64,000 nt of DNA from contig CAWDSK010000003.1 in assembly GCA_963804995.1 (NCBI GenBank), positions 672,001 to 736,000 of the forward strand, written 5' to 3'. The position numbers and the translations under genes are program-made. The notes under the pieces were generated by a model. That model searched no databases, was not told where the DNA came from, and worked only from the letters and a program-made list of their open reading frames with translations. Source of the DNA: an uncultured Acidobacteriota bacterium. GTDB taxonomy: Bacteria > Acidobacteriota > Terriglobia > UBA7540. Numbering within the stretch: position 1 is the first letter of the stretch; each line of letters starts with the position of its first letter. Shown in pieces: positions 39,701 through 49,141 of this stretch.

Positions 39701-40394
39701 CACTGGGTGGCGGGTTTGCCGAAATCGTTACCACGGTGCCTGCAGCGTACGATCCGCTTCCCGTCCCGTTGGTGACGGTCAGGGAGTAGAGAGTCACTAC
39801 GGGGACAGAGATGGAGTTGCTGTACGTTGAGCCGGGGTTCCGCACGCAAAACGAAGCAGAGGTGGCAGACCCCAGATAACCCGTCGCGGTGACGGTTGAG
39901 GAAGTAACGCCAGTGGTAACCATTTGAATTAAGGAATTACTGCCATAACTAATATACACTTCAGGGCCCGATACGAAGCCCGTGCCATGGACGGTTACGG
40001 TGATCGTGCCCACCGCGAGAGGATTGGGAGTTACCGAAGTTATGTTGGGTCCCAGCGACTCGATATTGACGTACGTGGTTCCCGAATACTTCGTGTTGAC
40101 CGTGCTGGTGGCGGTAATCTGCACAGGATTTTGTCCAGGCAGCTTGCTCGGAGCCGTGTAGAGACCCGTCGAACTGATGGTCCCCACGTTGGAGTTGCCC
40201 CCAACTTTGCCCCCGGCCGACCACTTCACGCCTGTGCCTGACAATCCGGTCACCGTCGCCTTAAACTGCACCGTGCCCCCCAGCCCCACGTAGGGCATGG
40301 TAGGCGCGACCGTGACGCTCTGAGCGTAAATGTTGCTGAAGGGGACAAGCAGGAAGGCGAGCAAAAGCAGTGCAAGATTACCGTTTCTTCGCAT
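36729..40394 (-). CDS. Large secreted protein: Ig-like/IPT domains, three InlB-B-like repeats, heparinase II/III-like C-terminal region
   Basis: Signal peptide; GTISSTGLYTAP; 3x Y.LTV..G.GSG.YAAGTVV...WTG...MPA; HPRLW and HQDGDGGQF.L motifs. Confidence 0.8.
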   Translation of the reverse strand: MRRNGNLALLLLAFLLVPFSNIYAQSVTVAPTMPYVGLGGTVQFKATVTGLSGTGVKWSAGGKVGGNSNVGTISSTGLYTAPSKLPGQNPVQITATSTVNTKYSGTTYVNIESLGPNITSVTPNPLAVGTITVTVHGTGFVSGPEVYISYGSNSLIQMVTTGVTSSTVTATGYLGSATSASFCVRNPGSTYSNSISVPVVTLYSLTVTNGTGSGSYAAGTVVTISANPPPSGKVFLNWTGATVANPNASTTTLIMPAATTTVKANYAAPTYPLTVVGGTGSGNYAAGTVVSISANAPPSGQAFLNWTGATVANPNASSTTLTMPAAATTVTANYYTPTYTLTVVGGSGSGTYAAGTVVPITADSPPTGDTFQGWTGATVANPSSPSTTLTMPAANTTVAATYSGPSTIPFPVTTHPRLWITQSDLPRLQGWATASNPTYVNGMQPMLQYTVQLYQTQFFPGGVPNPTYPDPGDVQGYTGYLTEQYAEILALNSLIDPNPSNRITYAQYARNMLMYAMNQAALGHLANAPFRDPAFAIYNRANFSGEQWPLIVDWIYNATDASGNPILTASDKATIQNVFLEWANDCLNASTTGGDHPSPIGTMNSLNLLPNNQPYRMASNNYFLGHARILTMMALALDPADDPPVDPTQPADVLGNSMRSYIQDATGAWLYQEFAMMGDPSVVPAAYGLPPNTPGFGLASGGMPPEGMLYGHSFGFVLGQLLALQTAGFNNAAYSGPQIGLIGAPVWDRYVTGTLSALTPTSHVPASEPWEGAVYQMDSFGDLLRLWITPDFMQPYALLTLLDAENGSTAHANASRWFAVNATPGGAGNINQRMTQPWSTEETVLYFLLLDPSAATATDPRPSFPTVYYDPGAGRIIAHSDWTLNGTMFDYRASWISINHQDGDGGQFELFRKGEWLTKEMSNYDNNLVGMTTVYHNTLALQNWCPNGTPDLNWFETGEWANGSQWMEGMDAGDPTTLFSTGSGYVYASSNLTNLFNRPDIWDSTLSAVDVTQATRSIMWLNNDYVVIYDRATTNHSGLFKQVHFSLVNPPVISGNVATETMPDNQQLFIQTLLPLAPALSSFNGAVNLNPIADLEPIQYIYQVADPSLPSDTRFLHVLQGADPGAPMAPATYLQSTNGTAFDGAVFSTMAVYFPVSATAQFTGTTLTAPAGVHTLLVTGLTPNASYAVSIVPNGSANVVTVATGGASATADAAGVIELAF

Positions 40395-40533
40395 ATCAGT
40401 ATCTCCCTTGAGCGGCACCCCATTAAGTTCATTTGTGCAGGGAACGCCTGCCCCCATGATTTGGACTGAGTTTGCGCCTGGGTCACTCGCCAGCCTAACG
40501 GCCGGCGTCTATCAACTCCCTGGGATTCACTAA

Positions 40534-41442
40534 GAGCTTATCCGTAAATACTTATTGAAGTCTGCTGCAATTTGATGCATGATTATGACCCAAGATGCCG
40601 CAGATAAAATCTTGGGAAGTATCCGACGAGTTTTGGGTGAAAGTCGAACCGCTGATTCCGGTTCGACAGCGGTCGAAAGGCCGAAAGTATAGGCGGAAGC
40701 CGGGGGGTGGGAGGAAGCCAATGCCGGCGCGCCGGATCTTCTCGGCCATTGTGTATGTGCTGCGCACGGGATGTCAGTGGAAGGCCTTGCCCAAGGAATT
40801 CGGCAGCGCCAGCGCGGTCCACAAGCATTTTCAACAGTGGCACCGGGCGGGTTTCTTTCTGGCGCTCTGGCGGTCGGGGCTGGCCGAGTACGATGAGCTG
40901 GAGGGCATTGCCTGGGACTGGCAAAGCATCGACGGAGCGATGGTGAAAGCCCCGCTGGCCTTGACTTGTGTGGGACCCAATCCCACCGATCGGGGAAAAA
41001 AATGGGCGCAAGCGAAGTTTGTTAGTCGACGGGCGTGGCGTCCCACTATCGCTCGCCGTCAGCGGAGCCAACCTGCATGATGTGAAGCTGCTGGCCACCA
41101 CCCTCGACCAGGTGGTGAGAGCGCGACCGGCACCGCGACCGAGAAAGCCCCAGCACCTTTGCGCCGATGCCGGTTACAAGGGATCCCGCGCTCGGCAAGC
41201 GGCCACGAACCGCCACTACCGGCCGCATATCAAGCAACAGCGAGAAGAGATGGAAGCAAAACGTATCGTCCCCGGTTACAAGGCTCGCCGATGGGTGGTC
41301 GAGCGGACCCATTCCTGGCTCAACCGATACCGCAAGGTGTTGGTGAGCTTTGAAAAGACCGAGGAAAGCTACGTCGCCCTACTAACCTTAGCCGCGGCCA
41401 TGATCTGCTGGCGACAGACAATTATTATTTACGGATAAGCTC
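40534..41442 (+). mobile_element. IS5-family insertion sequence, 909 bp, TSD TAA
   Basis: 17-bp perfect TIR GAGCTTATCCGTAAATA; TAA at 40531-40533 and 41443-41445. Confidence 0.95.
40595..41438 (+). CDS. IS5 transposase, two ORFs joined by probable programmed -1 frameshift
   Basis: LRTGCQW, IDG, ADAGY, RWVVERTHSWL; slippery GGGGAAAAAAA at ~40992-41002. Confidence 0.9.
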
Positions 41443-41468
41443 TAAGTATTTTCCGTGCTAATGTCCAT

Positions 41469-41483
41469 GCAACTGACACGCCA
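41469..41483 (-). promoter_or_regulatory. Putative sigma54 promoter facing the IS and the large secreted protein gene
   Basis: Minus TGGCGTGTCAGTTGC (GG-N10-GC with TTGC). Confidence 0.55.
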
Positions 41484-41788
41484 CGCCCGTAAGCCCATAG
41501 AATTCTTGGCGACAGTAAACCTTTTGTAATCAGTACTAATCTGATACGCCCCTTTATGAAGCTTCGCTACGCTCAATTCCAGACAGAATACTGCCTAATT
41601 TTGTCGAAAATCCCGGACAAATCCTGTCACTTGTGATTATCCCGAGCGGAGAGTTGGGCGTCTTTGCGCCACCTTAAAATGGGGGAAAAAAGCCGTAGCG
41701 CCGGGGGCTCACCGGCGCTACGTGGGGGCGGGCGGGGAGGATGGCCGCCGCGTGGCGAGGTGCAATCGCCGCTAAACCCCCATGCCAA

Positions 41789-41852
41789 CAAGTCGAAGAA
41801 GTTGAAAGAGTGGATTGGTCAAACCTTCCAACTCTTCAACTTCTTCAACTCG
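41789..41852. repeat. Imperfect hairpin/inverted repeat
   Basis: AGTCGAAGAAGTTGAAAGAGTGGA / TCCAACTCTTCAACTTCTTCAACT. Confidence 0.6.
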
Positions 41853-41882
41853 GTCTAAGCAGGGCGTGGGAAGGCAGCCCGA

Positions 41883-42968
41883 TTAATCCACCATCTTCGC
41901 GACATGAACCTCGAACCCGGTTCCGGGCAGGAGAGCGGTGAGGGCAAAGGCGGTAAAACCGTCGCCGGCCATTTCAGTGCGGCGATAGACACCGGGTTCA
42001 CTTTCGACGGTTTCGCGACGCCCCCCGAAATCCTGTAAGAAAGCCTGGGCATCTCTGATGTCGGGACGCCCGGAGGTCTTAGACCGCGACAGCGCTTCGG
42101 CCGCGTAGGAGCGGATAAGTTTGGGCCAGTATTTTTCGAGCAGTGCGGTGCTGGCGAAGAGATCAGTCCAGATGATCTGATCGTTGACGGCCACAACCAC
42201 ACCCACGGCGTTCCGGTCGCGCAACTCGCGCATCACTCCCAGGTATGACTGCTCCAGGGGCACGGCGACATCGTCCACGCGCTGTTTCACCTGGGGACTG
42301 GCCATCACCCCGGCATAAGACGTGGTCGGTTCCGCGGGGCGGGCGGCGGGTGCGCTGGCGCCTAAGCCGATGGCGGAAGCTGAGGAACGAACTTCCGACC
42401 ATACCTTCTCTTGATCTTTGTCGGCCATGGCGCTGCGCCGCACGCTGGGCTGTGCCATCTGTGCATGGAAAGAGCCAAAACCGGATTTGGTTGCGACCCA
42501 GCGCCCCGGTTCCACGCAAAAGACTGCGAGGTCGATGGGATCGCTGTTGGGCGGGACGATGCGGTCCTTACCCACCACCCGGTCCTGCTTGCCTCCCGTG
42601 ACGATCTCGCCCGCGAGCAGAATCAGGGGGCGGTCGGAATTGTTGACCAGGACCAGCTTGTTGACCTCGGCGCCATCGCCAGGAATGTAGCCCTGGCGCC
42701 CGCGAATAAGCGGCCGAATGCCTCCGGACTCGCTGACCGTGACTTCGCCCGAGCGCAGGCCCTCATCGAGCGTCAGAAAACTGTGCGTGTCATGGGTGCG
42801 GGCGGCGACGACCGGGAAAATCGTAAGGTTACCGCGGCTGATCGGCGCCAGCACTTTGTAGGTTGTGGTGATCTCGCCCGCCTCGACGCGGCCGGGCTCC
42901 CAGGGGGAGACCATCAGGATAGCCAGTATGCTCATTAAACCCAAACCCAACAGGTATTTTCCAGTCAT
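41883..42968 (-). CDS. DUF6569 / ARPP-1-like protein with N-terminal signal or TM
   Basis: NLTIFPV, LTLDE, N.SDRPLILLAGEIVTGGKQDR, FCVEPGRW, QEKVW motifs. Confidence 0.75.
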   Translation of the reverse strand: MTGKYLLGLGLMSILAILMVSPWEPGRVEAGEITTTYKVLAPISRGNLTIFPVVAARTHDTHSFLTLDEGLRSGEVTVSESGGIRPLIRGRQGYIPGDGAEVNKLVLVNNSDRPLILLAGEIVTGGKQDRVVGKDRIVPPNSDPIDLAVFCVEPGRWVATKSGFGSFHAQMAQPSVRRSAMADKDQEKVWSEVRSSASAIGLGASAPAARPAEPTTSYAGVMASPQVKQRVDDVAVPLEQSYLGVMRELRDRNAVGVVVAVNDQIIWTDLFASTALLEKYWPKLIRSYAAEALSRSKTSGRPDIRDAQAFLQDFGGRRETVESEPGVYRRTEMAGDGFTAFALTALLPGTGFEVHVAKMVD

Positions 42969-43132
42969 CGTTTATCCCTCCCAAATTTATTGACCGAGAG
43001 TAAGAGTCTCGGTCTATGGGAAGAACGCTTGGGAGTATAATTCTTGCATCGAAAGTATCCGGCACCCGGATGGAGGTTTGAAAACAGGGATTCGGGACAC
43101 GGGATACGGGACGCGCGCGCTGGCTGCACCTA

Positions 43133-44028
43133 ATGACCGACGATACCCAAACCGCCCCTCGGTCCGGCCTGGCAAATCTGCCGGAAGCAGTGGTGGCGAA
43201 GCTTTATGGGCAAGCCGGGGGGGAGAAACTTGGCCTCTCGCCGCAGGACTTCGCAGCCATTCTGGGCGAGGTCGCCGCCAAGTACCTTCCTGCTGAGGCC
43301 ACATCTGGTGAGGTTTCAGAACTCCTCCAAACCTTGCGCGTTGAAGAACTGGCTCTGGCTTCGAAGCCTGCGCTCAGGGCAACGAAGCTGCCTGGGAGAT
43401 TTTCCTGAACCGCTACCGTGAGAAACTTTACAGCGCGGCCTATTCCATCGCCCGGGAAGATTCCGCGGCCAGGGAGCTGGCGGATTCTCTCTACGCTGAC
43501 CTCTATGGCACGCGAGTGGCCGATGACCAGCGCGTTTCTAAGCTGAACTCTTACACGGGCCGCGGCTCACTCGAGGGCTGGCTGCGGGCCGTACTGGCGC
43601 AGGAGTTTGTAAATCGGTATCGAAAGCAACAGCGGCTGGTCAGCCTGGAGGAGCAGACGGAGGCGGGCGCGCAGTTCGCGGCGGATGATCCTGACCCGGC
43701 GGAGGCCGTCGATGCACGTTTGCAAGAGGCTACGGACCAGGCGCTCGGTTCACTTGCGGCAGAAGATAAACTCATTCTGGCCAGCTACTTCCTGGATGGC
43801 CGCACCCTGGCCGAAATTGCGCGCCTGGTGGGCGTGCACGAATCGACCATCAGCCGGAAACTCAAGAAGATAATAGCGTTGATTCGCAAGCGCATCCATG
43901 CCGGCCTGGTGAAACGCGGCATGCACCCAAATGAAGCGGAACAGGCGATGGATGTCGATGTAACCGAATTCTCCCTGGATGTTCGACGAAAGCTGATGCA
44001 AGAAAAAGGGGAGCCAACCGTTCCATAA
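43133..44028 (+). CDS. ECF sigma-70 factor; frameshift near 43370
   Basis: ELALA(R)ACAQGNEAAWE across the shift; YTGRGSLEGWLR; region 4 TLAEIARLVGVHESTISR. Confidence 0.85.
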
Positions 44029-44103
44029 TTGGAGGCACAGGCGCCGTCCAGGTTCCGATGGCGCAAGGAGGACGGTCGGGACGATTCCGACCGGCTAGAG
44101 ACT

Positions 44104-45444
44104 ATGCCCGGACTACCCAAAATCGTGTTGGCGCGGCTGAGAGCGAAATCCGCTGTGCCCGGGACTTCCGGCGCGCCTGCCGTGACGGCGAGTTTCGGGG
44201 GCTTGGAGCATCCCGACGCGAACCTTATAGCGGCGTACGTCGAAAAGAACCTCCGAGAAAGAGAGCGAACCGAAGTCCTGAATCATCTCACCCAATGCGC
44301 AGGCTGCCGCGAAATTGTCGCCCTCTCCCTGCCCGCCGAAGAAGAAGTTGCCGAACCCGCGCGCGTGGCTGCCCGAGGGTTTTGGACCCCCAGATTAATG
44401 GTTAGGTGGGGAGCGCTGGCCGCGGCGTTGGGAGTAATGGTAATTGTCGCGATCATCCGCCAACACCCAACCGGCAGGGAGACGATGATCTCCAAGAACG
44501 TCCGGCCGGATATTATCGCGAGCGCCCAGAAACCTGCGCCTCTGCCCCCCGCAGAGTCACCCCCGGCTCAGCCCAACCCCGAGGCTGCAAAGAAGCAAGC
44601 GGAGATGGGGGCTCCTCAAGCTGGTCGCGAGATGGCAAGGCTTGAGAAGCTATCGGTCGGAGCTGGAACCCGCAAGGGGGACACTCAGGTGGCGAGCAAT
44701 GAAGCCAAGGAGAAGGTCCCTTTGATGGCCGCGGCTCGCCCGGCGGCGGCACCGCCGGAACCTGCCAATGTTCCCCTCTCCACCCTGGACCGCGACGTAT
44801 CAAGAGGGCAGACAGGCGCCTTAGGTGGAGCGATGCCTGCCCCGCCCCCGGCCGCGGGGCCCGTCTTCAAGACCGCCGCAGCGCCGGAGAAATCTGAAGT
44901 GAGTGCCGAAACCCAAGCGGGCCGCTCCGGCATGGCCGCGAAGACTGCGACCTTCGATGCTACAAAAGACGTGAGCGCTGCAAATGTGGGAGGACTCTCC
45001 GCGAAGGCTGCGGTGGGGGCTCCCCATGCAGCCGCCCGTGCTCAAGAAGGGGCAGAACTCGCCCCCATTGTGTCCGGCAACAAATTGAAGAGTGCGCCAC
45101 ACGCACTGCTGAGCCGCTGGAGTATCGCGGAAGACGGCAAGGTGCAGCATTACCTCCCCGATTCTGGCTGGGGTGAGGCTCATGTCGATGACCGCGTCAC
45201 TTTCCGGGTCGTTACCGCTGTCGGCAGTGACGTTTGGGCCGGAGGAGCAGGCGGGGCGCTGTACCATTCCGCCAATGATGGCGCGGCCTGGGGCCGCGTC
45301 GAGGTCAACTCCGGGGGCACTTCCGTCACCGAAACCATCGTTGGCATTCAACTTGGCGCCCCGCAGATCGTCACCGTAACCACTGCCTCCGGAGCGCAAT
45401 GGACGAGCGATGACGGCGGCCAACACTGGCAAAAGAAACCTTAA
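44104..45444 (+). CDS. Anti-sigma factor: zf-HC2, TM, low-complexity linker, YCF48/BNR-like C-terminus
   Basis: HPD...HLTQCAGCR; TM; S.NDG..W and SDDGGQHW Asp-boxes. Confidence 0.85.
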   Translation: MPGLPKIVLARLRAKSAVPGTSGAPAVTASFGGLEHPDANLIAAYVEKNLRERERTEVLNHLTQCAGCREIVALSLPAEEEVAEPARVAARGFWTPRLMVRWGALAAALGVMVIVAIIRQHPTGRETMISKNVRPDIIASAQKPAPLPPAESPPAQPNPEAAKKQAEMGAPQAGREMARLEKLSVGAGTRKGDTQVASNEAKEKVPLMAAARPAAAPPEPANVPLSTLDRDVSRGQTGALGGAMPAPPPAAGPVFKTAAAPEKSEVSAETQAGRSGMAAKTATFDATKDVSAANVGGLSAKAAVGAPHAAARAQEGAELAPIVSGNKLKSAPHALLSRWSIAEDGKVQHYLPDSGWGEAHVDDRVTFRVVTAVGSDVWAGGAGGALYHSANDGAAWGRVEVNSGGTSVTETIVGIQLGAPQIVTVTTASGAQWTSDDGGQHWQKKP

Positions 45445-45459
45445 AATCTGGAGACCATC

Positions 45460-46557
45460 ATGAGTCTCGCCAAAACCTTGCACCCCTCCCGACGCAACTT
45501 TCTAAAGCTCCCACTGGCGACGGGAGCCGCCGTGCTGGTCCAAGGGCAGGCTCGCGCTACCACCCCCCACAAAAAGGATGAGTATGACCCGGACAACACC
45601 AAGATCGCGGCGATGATCGATGTGCATTCCTCTACCGATGACGAGTTGCTCCTCCTGAAGCAGATTGGATTGCGCTGGGTCCACGCCTCATTTGGCGACA
45701 ATGGTTCCGCGGAAGTCATCAGGGATGTGCAGGAGCGCCTGGGCCGCTACGGGCTGAGGATCCACTGCGGAATGGTGGATACTTATCGCTCACTGCGAAT
45801 CCAATTGGGCCAGCCAGGCAGAGATCAGGATATCGAAAAGTTTCAGACCTTCCTCCGGGACCTGGGCCACGCCGGCGTTTTCTGCGCCAAAATCGATTTT
45901 CACCCCGGCAATACTTACACCACAAATATGGTTGAGTCTCCGCGCGGGTACAAAGTCCGGGAGTTCAGCGTGGAGGACTTTCGCAGCAAGGTCGAAAAGC
46001 CGCTGTTCGAGCGCCAGTACTCAGCAGAGGATATTTGGACCAATTATACGTATTTCATTAAGGCCGTTCTGCCCGTGGCGGAGAAGGCGAACGTGCGGCT
46101 GGCGTTGCACCCGGACGACCCGCCGATTTCGCCGATGAACGGTGTGGCCAAGGTTTTCATCAACTACGACGGCATCCGGCGCGCCGATGAAATCGCCGGA
46201 CACAGCCCCTACTGGGGATTGACCTTCTGCGTCGGAACCTGGTCAGAAGGCGGCGACAAGATGGGCAAGGACGTTTTTGGAATGATTCAAGACTTCGGGG
46301 CGCGCGGCAAGATTTTTGCCGTCCACTTCCGCAACGTCAGTTCCCCGCTCCCCCGCTTTCACGAGACCTTCCAGGACGACGGCTACCTCAACATGTACCA
46401 GGTCACGAAGGCCCTTCGCCAGGTGCGCTGTTCCGCCTCGCTCATCCCCGATCATTATCCTGGCCTCGTGGGCGACCCGAATCACCGCCTGGCGAACACT
46501 TACTCGATCGCCGCGATGCGAACCATGCTCCACCGGGCGAATGAAGAGGTGGGGTAA
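45460..46557 (+). CDS. uxuA: Mannonate dehydratase family protein with Tat signal (paralog 1)
   Basis: SRRNFLK; LALHPDDPP, GLTFCVG, VHFRNV, PDH. Confidence 0.85.
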   Translation: MSLAKTLHPSRRNFLKLPLATGAAVLVQGQARATTPHKKDEYDPDNTKIAAMIDVHSSTDDELLLLKQIGLRWVHASFGDNGSAEVIRDVQERLGRYGLRIHCGMVDTYRSLRIQLGQPGRDQDIEKFQTFLRDLGHAGVFCAKIDFHPGNTYTTNMVESPRGYKVREFSVEDFRSKVEKPLFERQYSAEDIWTNYTYFIKAVLPVAEKANVRLALHPDDPPISPMNGVAKVFINYDGIRRADEIAGHSPYWGLTFCVGTWSEGGDKMGKDVFGMIQDFGARGKIFAVHFRNVSSPLPRFHETFQDDGYLNMYQVTKALRQVRCSASLIPDHYPGLVGDPNHRLANTYSIAAMRTMLHRANEEVG

Positions 46558-46655
46558 CCTTCATGCTATACTAGGCCGCGTTGTCGGTTGGTAATAGGCA
46601 GCAGTCGGAATCCCACCCTGGTTGTCAGGCATAAAACCAATAGGGAGTGTCCAAA

Positions 46656-47765
46656 ATGAATCGTCGGTCATTCATTGCTTCCACGGGCGTGGCTGCCATC
46701 GCGCTGAAAGACGGCCTCGCGTTAGCCGCGCCGGCCCCAAACCCTGCCCCGGCCCCCGGCCCGCGCGCCCTGATGAAACTCGGGGACCAAAACATGCCGA
46801 CGAATGAGACTCGGCTCAAGTACCTGGCGCGGTACAGCGTCCGCAACATCTGCGGATATCCCCAAATCGGCGAGGGCCGCCGGTGCGCCAACCTGGAGGA
46901 ACTGAAGCGCCTGCGCGACTTGTCGGAAAAGTATGGCGTGGCCGTCGATATGGTCCCGATTCCGTATCTCGCGTCGACGCATATCGATAAGGAACCGCAC
47001 CCCGCCATCATGCTGGCCGATAGTCCCGAGCGCGACCGCGACATCGAAGCTGTGCAGAATCTCATTCGAGATTGCGCCACCGCCGGCATCCCGGCCATCA
47101 AGTACAACATGAACCTTCTGGGAGTGCTGCGCATCGGACGCACCCCGGGACGGGGCGACGCGACGTTAAGCACCTGGCGATTGAAGGACGCGCACCCCAA
47201 TCCGCCGTTAACCCGCGCCGGCCACGTGGAGGCGGACCAGTACTGGGAACGCATCACCTATTTTCTCGACCGCGTGATACCTGTGGCCGAGGAGCACAAG
47301 ATCCGCATGGCATGCCACCCGCACGATCCGGGCGTGCCGCCGGAAGGCTACCAGGGAGTGGTTTGCGTGCTGGGCACCGTAGACGGCTTGAAGAAATTCA
47401 TTACCATCAAGGAGAGCCCCTACCATGGGCTTAACTTCTGCCAGGGCACCGTCTCTGAAATGCTCTACGATCCGGGCAAGGAAATCTTCGACGTCATCCG
47501 CTATTTCGGCTCGCGGAAGAAGATTTTTAATGTGCACTTCCGGAATATTCGCGGCCATCGCGACGATTTCCAGGAGGTCTATCCCGACGAGGGCAGCGTC
47601 GATATGGTCAAGGCCATCCAGGTCTATAAGGAAATCGAGTATCCCTACATGCTGATGCCCGATCACGTGCCCCAAGCGGCGAATGATCCCGGCGACTGGC
47701 AGTCCTTCGCGTATTGCTACGGTTACATCCGCGCCTTGATTCAGGCCGTGGATGAAATGGGATAA
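46656..47765 (+). CDS. uxuA: Mannonate dehydratase family protein with Tat signal (paralog 2)
   Basis: MNRRSFI; ACHPHDP, GLNFCQGT, VHFRNI, MPDHVP. Confidence 0.85.
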   Translation: MNRRSFIASTGVAAIALKDGLALAAPAPNPAPAPGPRALMKLGDQNMPTNETRLKYLARYSVRNICGYPQIGEGRRCANLEELKRLRDLSEKYGVAVDMVPIPYLASTHIDKEPHPAIMLADSPERDRDIEAVQNLIRDCATAGIPAIKYNMNLLGVLRIGRTPGRGDATLSTWRLKDAHPNPPLTRAGHVEADQYWERITYFLDRVIPVAEEHKIRMACHPHDPGVPPEGYQGVVCVLGTVDGLKKFITIKESPYHGLNFCQGTVSEMLYDPGKEIFDVIRYFGSRKKIFNVHFRNIRGHRDDFQEVYPDEGSVDMVKAIQVYKEIEYPYMLMPDHVPQAANDPGDWQSFAYCYGYIRALIQAVDEMG

Positions 47766-47803
47766 ACTTCGCGCCGTCGCTGCGGCCGCCGGTTGGAGCG
47801 TCT

Positions 47804-47858
47804 CGTAGGGGTACCCCTCGTGGGCCCTTGTGGAGGGCACCCACGAGGGGCCCCTACG
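47804..47858. repeat. REP doublet
   Basis: CGTAGGGGTACCCCTCGTGGG / CCCACGAGGGGCCCCTACG; half copy at ~12627-12647. Confidence 0.7.
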
Positions 47859-48146
47859 AAGCGTGCAAATTGTTTGCTAAAACGACAAGTATTCTCGAGA
47901 TTGCAATGCAGAGTCTCTCGCCCTCCGAGATTCTGCGCTTGCTGCTGGCGTGATTCGAAATAACCGCAGGGCAGGCTGGCGCATCAGAGCGAGCCCAGCT
48001 CTGCGATTCACGCCTCTGACCCTGCCCAAGGATGTTCTCTGGATGCCAAACTACGCAACAAGTTCCCACTTCTAATATCGGAACGATTCGTCCGTCTTGA
48101 CCATGCTTGATCCACACTAAATCGCAGGGCTGCGCCAGCCCCCGCA

Positions 48147-48563
48147 TTATGGCATGTACGCGGTCGAAACGGGGTTGGGGTCCGCCTGCTGGACGGCCGT
48201 CTTGCTGGTGCGATTCCCCGCCGCGTCGTAGGTGTAGCCGGCGATCCCTGGCAGGTAACGCAAGACGCCGAGCCGGCGCGAGAAGGAGCGTAGCGCGGAC
48301 CTCCGATTTTGAGGTCCGCGGCTCTTCATGTGAAAGATTTCAGAACTCCGCTGGTTTCGGATTCGGTAGTGTGAACTTAACGAAGGACCGCAGACCTCAA
48401 AAGCGGAGGTCTGCGCTACCACACCCTTGGTCAGCAGGTTGTTCATCGCGTCATAAGTGTAACTCTCGCTGAGCATGGAGGGGAAGGTTACTTGCGTAAC
48501 CCTTCCCAGAGCGTCGTAGGCAAGCGCTGTGGCGTGGCTCGCCGCGTCTGAATGCTTAGCCAC
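48147..48563 (-). pseudogene. RHS/YD-repeat remnant interrupted by a palindromic element
   Basis: YDALGRVTQV, YTYDAMNNL, YTYDAAGNRTS. Confidence 0.75.
48290..48419. repeat. REPIN-like palindrome (family B)
   Basis: GTAGCGCGGACCTCCG..TTGAGGTCCGCGG / CCGCAGACCTCAA..CGGAGGTCTGCGCTAC. Confidence 0.8.
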
Positions 48564-48577
48564 CCCTCAATCCTCTG

Positions 48578-48715
48578 TCAGCACCACCCCGTCGCTCAGC
48601 GCGCCACCCCTCCTCATCTGAGGCGGGGAGTTCTGGAACAACTCCCCTCCTGATTTAGAGCCTGCCCTGAGCCTGTCGAAGGGTGGGGTGGCGCCTGGGG
48701 CGACGGGGTGGTTAC
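48578..48715. repeat. Composite palindromic repeat (family C)
   Basis: Reverse-complement match to 59014-59196, including GAGCCTGCCCTGAGCCTGTCGAAGGG. Confidence 0.8.
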
Positions 48716-49141
48716 AGGCAGCGGTCAAAACGCGGCATGGTTACAGTGGCGCTGGGGGAATTTTCCGCGGTGCAGCGTTCTTTCGCGAACGGTCGACAAA
48801 TCAGGACAGGCGCCGCGCCGCCCTTCCGATTCGTGGCGAGAAATGCGGACTGAGGCTTTACCGACCTCTCCCCCGCCGTGACACACTCCCCCGCTTCGGT
48901 TATCGGTGGTGTCGGGTAAGAAGATGAACCAAATGTTGACTTCGATAATCGAAAATCACGAATCGCCAATCCCAAATTTGCCGTAGCGCCGCGCCAATCC
49001 AAAATCGAAAATCTAAAATTGCCTGCCCCCTGCGTGCCATCTACCAACCCCGCAGTCCCCGGTGGCATCTTACCGGGGACTGCCGAAGTCTCAGGGAACC
49101 CATCACCACCGCGCTTCGTGAAAGGCTCAGACACGAATACT

